From Patescibacteria group bacterium (lineage in GTDB: Bacteria; Patescibacteriota; UBA1384; XYA2-FULL-43-10; 1-14-0-10-43-13), in the NCBI GenBank assembly GCA_041671645.1, contig JBAZBD010000001.1:173365-237364 (forward strand): a stretch of DNA of 64,000 bases, in the 5' to 3' direction. The notes under the pieces are model-generated. The model was not told where the DNA came from, did not search any database, and worked only from the letters and a program-made list of their open reading frames with translations. A program made the position numbers and the translations under genes. Each line of letters opens with the position of its first letter. Position 1 is the first letter of the stretch. Shown piece by piece: positions 18,977 through 26,856 of the stretch.

Positions 18977-20257
18977 ATGTGTCTCACAATTCCAGGAAAA
19001 ATTGAATCGATAGATGACGTGGGTATCGCCACCGTATTATCATCCCGCGAAAAGGCTCAGATTGACCTCTCGCTTGTTTCTGACGTTTACCCCGGTGATT
19101 GGATACTTTATGCATCAAACAGGGCTGTCAAGGCAATCTCGGAGGAAGATGCCAAGGAGATCATAGCCTTGCTCGAAGACAATTATAGCCAGGTCGACGT
19201 TAGCCGTTTGCCCCTGCAGTTCAAGAAAATTATATACAAAGTTCGCTCGGGCAATTCTGATTTGACCAAGGACGAGATAGTTTATCTTTTGAACCTCAAA
19301 GGCAAGAATAACCTCGAAACTTTGTATGCCGAAGCCAATACTCTACGCAAAGACAGGATCAAGGATTTCGTTTGCATCCATGGCATTATTGAGTTCTCAA
19401 ATTATTGCAAAAATCTCTGCCTCTATTGTGGCATCCGAAAAGGTAATAAGGTCGAGCGATATCGGATGAAACGAGAAGAGATTGTTAAAGCTGCGAGGCA
19501 GGCAGTTGACGAGGAGGGCTACAAGCTCCTGGTCCTGCAAAGTGGGGAAGACGATGAGTATTCTGATGACGATTTGATCAAAATTGTAGCGGAAATCAAG
19601 AAAGAACTGCGAGTCTTTGTCTTTCTTTCTGTCGGCGAGAGAAGTATTAATTTTTACAAAAAAGCTTATGAAGCTGGGGCGTCTGGGGCTCTGATTCGAT
19701 TCGAAACCTCGGACCCCGAATTTTATTCAGAATTACGCCCGGGCCACAAATTGGACGACCGATTAAAATTAATCAAACAGATGACGGAGCTCGGCTACTA
19801 CATGGCGACAGGCAATATCGTCGGCTTGCCAGGGCAAAGTCTTGAAAGTCTGGCAGACGATTTGCTTTTGATCAAAAAGTTAAATGCGCCAATGATCAGC
19901 TCTGGCCCGTGGCTCCCAGCCAAAGGAACGCCGCTGGTGCAAGTCGAAAGTCGAAAGTCGAAAGTCGAAAGTTTGGAAATTATGCTGAAGTATATTGCAG
20001 TTGCTAGGTTCTTGATGCCGGAGGCGAAGATTCCGGTCACGACAGCGCTTGAGACGCTTGACCCAGAGAACGGACGACACAAGGGACTTTTGGCGGGTGC
20101 CAGCGCTCTAATGTTTAGCCTGACCCCAGAGAAATATGCGGGCGATTATTCTATCTATGACAACAAATATCGCGAGCGTGAGAAGGTCTGGCAGAAATAT
20201 GGCTTGTTTAAGGGTGAAGAGAGCTACGAAATGTTGGCTGATAGGCTTAAGGTTTGA
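18977..20257 (+). CDS. Fusion protein: N-terminal HypC/HupF-like domain plus a HydE/PylB/BioB-family radical SAM domain
   Basis: The N-terminus MCLTIPGKIESIDD...IDLSLV...GDWILY matches the HypC signature MC(L/I)x(I/V)PG. After that comes IIEFSNYCKNLCLYCGIRKGNKVERYRM (CxxxCxxC) with HydE-like motifs VLQSGED and GNIVGLPGQS. Confidence 0.75.
   Translation: MCLTIPGKIESIDDVGIATVLSSREKAQIDLSLVSDVYPGDWILYASNRAVKAISEEDAKEIIALLEDNYSQVDVSRLPLQFKKIIYKVRSGNSDLTKDEIVYLLNLKGKNNLETLYAEANTLRKDRIKDFVCIHGIIEFSNYCKNLCLYCGIRKGNKVERYRMKREEIVKAARQAVDEEGYKLLVLQSGEDDEYSDDDLIKIVAEIKKELRVFVFLSVGERSINFYKKAYEAGASGALIRFETSDPEFYSELRPGHKLDDRLKLIKQMTELGYYMATGNIVGLPGQSLESLADDLLLIKKLNAPMISSGPWLPAKGTPLVQVESRKSKVESLEIMLKYIAVARFLMPEAKIPVTTALETLDPENGRHKGLLAGASALMFSLTPEKYAGDYSIYDNKYREREKVWQKYGLFKGEESYEMLADRLKV
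19943..19972. repeat. Heptanucleotide tandem repeat (GTCGAAA)x4, in frame in the radical SAM CDS
   Basis: gtcgaaagtcgaaagtcgaaagtcgaaagt encodes VESRKSKVES. It is the reverse-complement unit of the repeat at 1888-1918. Confidence 0.8.
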
Positions 20258-20304
20258 TTTTATTATTGCCAGATGGGACTTTTTGTGCTAATATTTCTCT
20301 GTTT

Positions 20305-20379
20305 GGCGTCATCGTATAACGGTTAGTACGCCGCCCTCTCACGGCGGTAATTGGGGTTCGATTCCCCATGACGCTACCA
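20305..20379 (+). tRNA. tRNA-Glu (anticodon CUC)
   Basis: A cloverleaf folds by eye: acceptor GGCGTCA/TGACGCT with a G-U at 1:72, anticodon stem CCGCC/GGCGG with loop ctCTCac, T-arm TGGGG-TTCGATT-CCCCA, and an encoded CCA. Confidence 0.85.
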
Positions 20380-20383
20380 AAAA

Positions 20384-20410
20384 ACCATCAGCACAGCTGG
20401 TGTTTTTTTG
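20384..20410 (+). terminator. Terminator after tRNA-Glu
   Basis: The stem CATCAGC-aca-GCTGGTG is followed by TTTTTTT. Confidence 0.6.
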
Positions 20411-20473
20411 TTTTTGCAATCGAATATATGCAGAGCCACGATTATTTTGTCGTCCCACTTCTTCTGAAACAGT

Positions 20474-21733
20474 CTAGGGCTGATGCATATTTTTGGCTCG
20501 ATTTACGACATTCGGCCAGTTCCAGATAGAATCAATATAAAGCATGTTCACAATTTCGGATTTAAGGTAATGTTTTTCTTCCAAAACGCCAATGCACTTG
20601 ATCCATTTGTCTAGCTGAATATTATACAAATTTTCAATATCCTGCATAAGTGTTTGATCGTCTGGGCTGCTCAAAGTGCGGCCTTCTACATTGTCATCAT
20701 TTATTCTAGAAACAGTATCACTGAAAGAATAAATAACGTCCCTGATTCCTTTTTTATCACTTTGAATGTCCATATAATCGTATAACTTTGAGTGCATTGT
20801 CTCTTTGATTTCAACCGAATTAGACATACCTTTAACGTAAGCTAATAGTTCATCCTTAATTCTGTTATCGATTCCGGACGAAATTAAATATTGATTCAAG
20901 ATCGATTTTTCTACCAGAAAAATCTGACTGTCCGCATCGAGATTTTCTATGACTTTATCGTTTTGATATAGCTTGTCTGTATTATAGACAGTAAACAGTT
21001 GATGAAATTTATGTTGTTCCTCATGATCTTCTGTCGGCTTGTAGTCATATCTTGACACCGTCACCACACCTCTAAGTCCGTATGACTCTTTATACGAGAA
21101 CCCTCCAGACATTGAGGCGTCTTCTTCGTCGCCATATAATTTATTAAAATCATTACTGTTGCTACAAATAATGTTGAAATTTGCAGGAAGAGTTTTGACC
21201 TTGATTTCTCCTTCTGGCATATGGCCAGATAATGCCTCAAACAATTCTTGATCGGTATATTTTTGTCTCTGCTCCTGAACCAATCGATGTTTATCGAGAT
21301 AGTTTCTGATACCTTGTTCAAAACTACTTTTTTGATAGTAATTTAGCCCAATCGCTTTACCTTGAGTATCAACAATTTGAGATAGTTCCTGAACCGATAT
21401 ATCAGGATTACTCTTTATGGTATCGAAAAGTGTGTTAACAATTTTGTTGATACCTTCCCTTTGAGCTCTGAGTTTGGCCTTATAATCTAAAAATTTATCA
21501 AAAAAAGCGACTTTAGCTTTTTCGTCAGAATAATCTACCGCATCTTTTTCTTCCTTCAACTTGAAGAGCTCCTTTCCAGGATCAAACTGGCCGTCAAAAA
21601 CAATAGCGTCAGCTGCCTGATTTAGGCCATTTTCAAGATCCTCTTTTGACTCTTCGCTAGCGGCTCGCCAATCTTCGGCGTTTTCCATGCCCCAGGCGTT
21701 AAATTCATCTTGTTGCATACCTCTCTCGTTCAT
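20474..21733 (-). CDS. Hypothetical protein (419 aa)
   Basis: This is an isolated, intact minus-strand ORF. I recognise no motif. Confidence 0.6.
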   Translation of the reverse strand: MNERGMQQDEFNAWGMENAEDWRAASEESKEDLENGLNQAADAIVFDGQFDPGKELFKLKEEKDAVDYSDEKAKVAFFDKFLDYKAKLRAQREGINKIVNTLFDTIKSNPDISVQELSQIVDTQGKAIGLNYYQKSSFEQGIRNYLDKHRLVQEQRQKYTDQELFEALSGHMPEGEIKVKTLPANFNIICSNSNDFNKLYGDEEDASMSGGFSYKESYGLRGVVTVSRYDYKPTEDHEEQHKFHQLFTVYNTDKLYQNDKVIENLDADSQIFLVEKSILNQYLISSGIDNRIKDELLAYVKGMSNSVEIKETMHSKLYDYMDIQSDKKGIRDVIYSFSDTVSRINDDNVEGRTLSSPDDQTLMQDIENLYNIQLDKWIKCIGVLEEKHYLKSEIVNMLYIDSIWNWPNVVNRAKNMHQP

Positions 21734-21884
21734 ATAGACCTCAAATATTTAGTTTCTATACTAAAAATACAGCGGTTGGAGCCGAAACTCAAGCGTCGCT
21801 TCAGCTTCTCTCTGTCGATGACGCCTCGAATTTTACAACCGAATATGTTTAGAGTTATAATTAATTTAAGTTAACGGAGGGCGA

Positions 21885-23300
21885 GTGAAAAAACAGGGCT
21901 CCGCGATTTTAATTGCAGTTTTATTGGTTACGGCGATCGGTTCGCTGGCTTTTTCGTTTGGCAGAATATTGCTTGCTGATATTACCGGTGCCAACATTTA
22001 TGAAAATGGGGCCGGTGCGTATTATTCGGCCGAGTCCGGCGTAGAGGAGGGAATGTTGCGTTATCGTTTTGCTCCCACGGCCACTGTGCCGGCAAGCAAC
22101 TGGAATCTTGGCGCCTCGGATTGGGTATATCGCTCAGATTTGGCTGCAAAGACGGCCGAGACTGGCCTAGATGTTGGGATCGATAGAAATACAGCGATCA
22201 CGGCAAACGCCAATCAAACTTATGATCTAAGACTTGGCTACATAGGCAGTGGCGCTACTCAGCCGTTTTGGGGCGAAGATTTAGATGCGAATGGGCTTGA
22301 TATTAGTGACTTAGCCAGCGACAAATATGGAGCGACCATTCCATCACTGAGAGTGCCGAAGGACGAGGTGCTGAAGATATCGCTTCCAGCGAAGTTCAAT
22401 CTTTCTGGCCCAAACGGAGCTTTGAATTTGCTTGTGGTGTTTGAAAATCCGACAGATCCAGCAGGAACAGTTGATAAGGATAAAGCTGTAATTGAAGTCA
22501 AGGCTATCGCAAAACGGCCGACTAATCTAAACAGAACTTATGAATACAAAAAAATGGTTGCTTTCTCCAGTCCTGATGCTATCTCAAATATTGGAGGGAG
22601 CGATGATGATTACATTCCTCGGAATACTCCCTGGGACAGTGTAAACGGAAAAAAGGGCTTGGCAATAAATAATCTTTTGGGGGGTCTTGGGGTTGCTTAT
22701 GACCCGCCAGTATCTGGAACCGGCGGCACCGAGATCGAGTTATCATTCCGTCCACTTTTTAATAATATTAGAATCGGCCTCTCCACCCAGGGTTGCCAAA
22801 ACTATATTGGGACTCCGCTTGCTGCTTGCGACGGTACAACCGCGACTGTCATGCCCGGACCGGTCGCTCGGATTATCTCTTCTGGCCATTATGCGGACGT
22901 GATCAAGACGCTCGAGGTCAACGTTGACCGCCAGTCCGGCACGTTATATGATCTCTATGATAACGTAGTTTACTCGGCGAACAATGGGACTACTTATAGT
23001 TTAACTTTTCAAAATAGCGGTGATTGTGTCGCCAAGATTACGATTGGTGCAAAGGATTACCTGATTCCTGCAAGCACCGGGTCAGGACCAGGCAGCGTGG
23101 CAGTCAGTTATGGCAAAAACTCTAATTTGAATATATCGTTGACAGGAGTCAACACGCCTACAAGTGTATGTCTCGCCGATTCGACAATCCATCCGATGCA
23201 AGATATTACAGATGGCTGGTCGAGCCCTACTCTGGTCGGCGGCACCTACTTGCTTGATAGAAATAGAACCATTAGCGCAAGTACTTACATTCCAAAATAA
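21885..23300 (+). CDS. Hypothetical secreted/pilus-associated protein with a pilin-like N-terminal hydrophobic segment (GTG start)
   Basis: It begins MKKQGSAILIAVLLVTAIGSLAF, which resembles a class III (prepilin-like) signal but has no Glu at +5. The RBS is aacggaggg. A PilB-like ATPase and a receiver gene are adjacent. Confidence 0.5.
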   Translation: MKKQGSAILIAVLLVTAIGSLAFSFGRILLADITGANIYENGAGAYYSAESGVEEGMLRYRFAPTATVPASNWNLGASDWVYRSDLAAKTAETGLDVGIDRNTAITANANQTYDLRLGYIGSGATQPFWGEDLDANGLDISDLASDKYGATIPSLRVPKDEVLKISLPAKFNLSGPNGALNLLVVFENPTDPAGTVDKDKAVIEVKAIAKRPTNLNRTYEYKKMVAFSSPDAISNIGGSDDDYIPRNTPWDSVNGKKGLAINNLLGGLGVAYDPPVSGTGGTEIELSFRPLFNNIRIGLSTQGCQNYIGTPLAACDGTTATVMPGPVARIISSGHYADVIKTLEVNVDRQSGTLYDLYDNVVYSANNGTTYSLTFQNSGDCVAKITIGAKDYLIPASTGSGPGSVAVSYGKNSNLNISLTGVNTPTSVCLADSTIHPMQDITDGWSSPTLVGGTYLLDRNRTISASTYIPK

Positions 23301-23343
23301 ATTCAATGATCGCATAAAATTTTAATAATAAAGAGAGGAAAAT

Positions 23344-23739
23344 ATGGCAGAGTTAACAAAAGTTTTATTGGCCGATGATGACGCAATCTTGCACGAAATG
23401 TACGCTGAGAGGCTTCGGGCTGAGGGTTTCAACATTATTTCCGCCTACGACGGCGAGGAAGCGCTCGAGAAATTCAATGCCGAGAAGCCGGCTCTTCTCG
23501 TTCTCGATATTATGATGCCAAAAATGAATGGCATTGATGTCATGAAGAAAATCAGGGAGGGAGACATCAATCCAAACACCCCAATCATCCTTCTGACCGC
23601 GCTGGTCCAAGAGATCAACAAAATCAAAAAGATGATGAAAGAGGGCGATCAATATCTCATCAAAAGCGAGATCGTCCCAGCTAATCTGATCGAAGCAATC
23701 AAATCTACTCTCAAGAAAAGTTCAGCTAGCGCCGCCTAA
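23344..23739 (+). CDS. Single-domain CheY-like response regulator receiver
   Basis: KVLLADDDAILHEMY...LLVLDIMMPKMNG...IILLTAL. The conserved Asp residues and the T/K positions are present. Confidence 0.8.
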   Translation: MAELTKVLLADDDAILHEMYAERLRAEGFNIISAYDGEEALEKFNAEKPALLVLDIMMPKMNGIDVMKKIREGDINPNTPIILLTALVQEINKIKKMMKEGDQYLIKSEIVPANLIEAIKSTLKKSSASAA

Positions 23740-25789
23740 GAGTCTTGTATAGTTCTTCCAGAGTTGTCTGGCCTCGAAGTACCTTGTCGAGGCCATCTTC
23801 TCGTATTGTCGAGAGCTCATTGTATCTGAGTACCTCGTCATAATCGTCTGGCTCACCAGAGAGAGTTTGTTTGACGATATTGTGATTGATTTTAACCACT
23901 TCATGTAGGGGGATCTGACCTTTAAATCCGGATTCTGCACAAGCGCTGCAACCGATAGGTAGCCAGATTTTCTGAGCAGTTTTACCTAGGGTTAATTCTT
24001 TTTCAATATAATTTTTGAGCTTGTCTTCTAATGGACGATCCATCTCTTTTTTGCATTTATCACAAATACGGCGGGAGAGTTTCTCAAAAATAACGAGTTT
24101 TAGCAATTCGGAAATCTTGGTCTCGCTGATGCCCCAATCGTAGAGTCTCTTGATCGTCTCTGCGACGGAGGAGCCGGCCATCGAGATGATCAGGAAATGG
24201 CCGCTGGCTGCCAACTCAAAGGCTTTCTGGACCGTTTCGCGGCTATCAGCCCCGGTGATACCGATAACATCAGGATCGAGTTTCTCGACCTGGCTCATGG
24301 CAGTTTCTCTGTCGGCTGGATTCGAAATGCTGGTTTGATTGATTCCCGGAAGGCGGAATTTGACCGGATTCTCAAGTGTCACAATGTTGATTCCTTCCGA
24401 ATAGACCTGATCGATCAGGGCGTAGAAAAGTGTGCTCTTGCCAGACTCGCTAGGTCCAGTGATCATAATAATACCGCTTCTATCGATGCATGCCTCTGTG
24501 ACCAGTTTGAAATTTTTGTCTGAAAATTCTAATTCCCCCAGGTTCTTGAGGGCGGTCAATTTGTTGGTCAGTTTCATTGTAATCTTGAGGCCATCGAGGA
24601 CAGGAAAAGTAGCGAGACTATATTCGTAGGTCTCGTTTTCGATGTTTATCTTGAGTTTGCCAGTTTGTGGCTTGGTCTGGTCATCGTCGAGGGAGGAAAT
24701 CAGAGAAAAAGCACGAACCAGGAGATTGCCCATCGCTTTGGGCAGGGAGGTCCGCTTCTGCAGAAGGCCGTCGATCCTGAATCGCATTGTAATCTCCTCT
24801 TTTGACGGATCAAAATGAATGTCGGTGGCATTGTCTCTGACCGATTTTTTGATCAGATTCAGTACTGTCCTGACGACTGGGGCAACCTTGCCTTCGTTGC
24901 TAAGAGAGCTAATAAATTCAGGAGTTGGCTCGACGGCAACGATCAGGTTGCCCTCTCTCAGCCTGGCATATTGAGCCAAGACATGTGCCATACCGGTTTC
25001 GTCGGCCAATTTGATCTCGACTGTGCGCCCAGTAACCTTCTCAAGCAAATGGATCACTTCGTCGTCACCAGCGTCCAACATCGCCACGACCAAGACATTG
25101 TCTTCGTCTTCAATAGCTACGACGCGGTGGTTTTTGGCAAATGACTCAGGGATGATAGCCAGGATGGAGGAAGGAATTGTGAAGTGGCTGAGGTCGACGA
25201 AAGGAATTTTGTTTTTCTTGTCCTTGTGGGAAATGGGTGCGACAAAATCAGCGTCATCTTTCTCCACTGGCTCAATTGTTTTGATCTTGATAACTTCGGC
25301 TTTCTCTCTTGGCGCTTCCTCGACTTTGACCTCTACTTCGGGCGCTTCAACCTTCTCGCCAATTATCTTGATCGGGATATCGACTTCTTCATCTTCGTTG
25401 GTCTTGATCTTTTCTGGGGGGATATCGATCTCTTCTCCCTTGGATTCAGATTTGTCGCCATGCATTTTCTTGAACGAGCCGTATGAAGTGCAATTTTCGA
25501 GATTCAAGCCTCTATTGACCGCTTCTTTGATGTTATCCGCTGGCATCCATTTGACCACGTCGGTAGGAAGCATAATCATCTTTTTGGCTGCGCCAAGCTT
25601 GGGGTGGAGGATAGTTTTGGAGGGGTAATGGACAGTGTAGAAACTTCCGAAATTGGAATAGATGACCTTCTCGCCTTTTTCCAATGTCTCAGAAACGGTG
25701 TCAGCAAAAGCAATCGCTAATTTCAGCGCCTTCTTGATGTTGAGGTTTGTTTTTTTGGCGATCTCTCTCGCCAAATCTTCCCGTGTCAT
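23726..25789 (-). CDS. PilB/GspE-family type IV pilus / T2SS ATPase with an N-terminal HU/IHF-like (DNABII) domain; the ORF could extend to 25879
   Basis: The Walker A is ITGPSESGKSTLFYAL. There is a GspE_N-like region (IPSSILAIIPESFAKNHRVVAI...LVVAM) and a C-terminal CxxC...CxxC. The N-terminal ~90 aa (MTREDLAREIAKKTNLNIKKALKLAIAFADTVSETLEKGEKVIYSNFGSFYTVHY...) fits the HU fold pattern. A TATAAT box and the RBS aaggatggg precede the ATG at 25789. Confidence 0.85.
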   Translation of the reverse strand: MTREDLAREIAKKTNLNIKKALKLAIAFADTVSETLEKGEKVIYSNFGSFYTVHYPSKTILHPKLGAAKKMIMLPTDVVKWMPADNIKEAVNRGLNLENCTSYGSFKKMHGDKSESKGEEIDIPPEKIKTNEDEEVDIPIKIIGEKVEAPEVEVKVEEAPREKAEVIKIKTIEPVEKDDADFVAPISHKDKKNKIPFVDLSHFTIPSSILAIIPESFAKNHRVVAIEDEDNVLVVAMLDAGDDEVIHLLEKVTGRTVEIKLADETGMAHVLAQYARLREGNLIVAVEPTPEFISSLSNEGKVAPVVRTVLNLIKKSVRDNATDIHFDPSKEEITMRFRIDGLLQKRTSLPKAMGNLLVRAFSLISSLDDDQTKPQTGKLKINIENETYEYSLATFPVLDGLKITMKLTNKLTALKNLGELEFSDKNFKLVTEACIDRSGIIMITGPSESGKSTLFYALIDQVYSEGINIVTLENPVKFRLPGINQTSISNPADRETAMSQVEKLDPDVIGITGADSRETVQKAFELAASGHFLIISMAGSSVAETIKRLYDWGISETKISELLKLVIFEKLSRRICDKCKKEMDRPLEDKLKNYIEKELTLGKTAQKIWLPIGCSACAESGFKGQIPLHEVVKINHNIVKQTLSGEPDDYDEVLRYNELSTIREDGLDKVLRGQTTLEELYKTLRRR

Positions 25790-25950
25790 GTCTGCCCATC
25801 CTTTGAAAACATTATATCTTTTTCTGCCAGAAAAAGGCAAATAGATAGGGAAAAAAGGGGGAATTTGAGCGAGCGTCAAGCTTGATTACATTGCCTCAGA
25901 TTGACGTTGGCTCGCAAAAGCTGTACTTATTATTGCAGGGGGTTCCAGCT

Positions 25951-26535
25951 ATGCTCGAACAGATCTTAAGGTTTTCGACCATCACTACGATGGTGGCAGC
26001 TGGGATTGTCCAGCTTTGCTTTCTCTACTTTTATCATCGAGATAGCGTCCAAAGCGCTATAACTCTCAGGATAAATTTACGTGGTGCTCTTTGCGCCTCT
26101 CTCCTTCTGGTTACTGGATGGATTGTCTGGCCAGAAAATGTGCTTATAGATAAATCTGTGCTATGGCTTGGCTGTTTGACGATTATCGCCGGCATGAGTC
26201 TACGCCTTTGGGCGCAATTTACACTCAAGTCAATGTGGTCAGTAGGGACGAGAATACTGTCTGGCCATGTATTGACCGACCAAGGGCCATATCGATTTCT
26301 CCGTCATCCGATGTATGTCGGATACGGACTAGTAGGGATTGGGACGATCTTGCTCACGCAGAATATTTTGATACTCTGTGGTTGGTCTTTCTTCTTCATT
26401 TTGCTCTTCCAGAGAGCGCTTGAGGAAAGTACAGCCCTTTACCAGAAATTCGGCGAAAGTTTTCTGGGTTGGACTGGAGGGCGAATGATGCTCGGACCGC
26501 CAATCTGGCTGACTCTGTGGAAAATTAATCAGTAG
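25951..26535 (+). CDS. Isoprenylcysteine carboxyl methyltransferase (ICMT/PEMT) family membrane methyltransferase; the ORF could extend to 25882
   Basis: GPYRFLRHPMYVGY is the family signature. The protein has multiple TM helices. Confidence 0.75.
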   Translation: MLEQILRFSTITTMVAAGIVQLCFLYFYHRDSVQSAITLRINLRGALCASLLLVTGWIVWPENVLIDKSVLWLGCLTIIAGMSLRLWAQFTLKSMWSVGTRILSGHVLTDQGPYRFLRHPMYVGYGLVGIGTILLTQNILILCGWSFFFILLFQRALEESTALYQKFGESFLGWTGGRMMLGPPIWLTLWKINQ

Positions 26536-26552
26536 CTTACTTAAAATTTATC

Positions 26553-26590
26553 AGGACGGCGCTCAAAAAGAGCCCGTCTATTTTATTTCT
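26553..26590 (+). terminator. Rho-independent terminator
   Basis: The stem gacggcgctc...gagcccgtc is followed by tattttattt. Confidence 0.65.
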
Positions 26591-26637
26591 TAAAACAAAA
26601 AGTGTTTACAACTCTGTGGACTGCTTGGGGACAATTA

Positions 26638-26667
26638 AGTTGAAAGTTGAAAGTTAGAAGTTGAAAG
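26638..26667. repeat. Heptanucleotide tandem repeat (AGTTGAA)x4, intergenic
   Basis: The sequence is agttgaaagttgaaagttagaagttgaaag. Confidence 0.75.
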
Positions 26668-26760
26668 ACAAGGGTGGGAGGGAATAATTATGCAATAGTT
26701 CACGATGCAGTGGCATAAGGCTTATAATAAGACAGCTGACAAACTAGAAGTTCATTTTTT

Positions 26761-26843
26761 AATTTTTATTTCTTAATTGTTAATCAATTTTTAATTATAA
26801 ATTATTAATTAGACATTGATTAGAAATTAGTATTTAGAAATTC
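26761..26843. repeat. AT-rich ~85 bp element; inverted copy of 860-950, immediately upstream of dnaX
   Basis: It is near-identical to the reverse complement of 860-950, with one 6-nt indel. Confidence 0.75.
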
Positions 26844-26856
26844 CCCGAAGGGGTCT

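Noticed and set aside
23365-23652. Minus-strand ORFs inside the response-regulator gene
   Set aside because: They are antisense to a well-supported CheY-like CDS.
860-26843. Possible composite transposon or large mobile element bounded by the 85-bp inverted repeats
   Set aside because: The cargo is core housekeeping (ribosomal proteins, gltX, tRNAs). No transposase or integrase is present. The repeats sit precisely at gene starts like promoter modules. Inversion potential is noted in the findings, but a mobile element is not supported.
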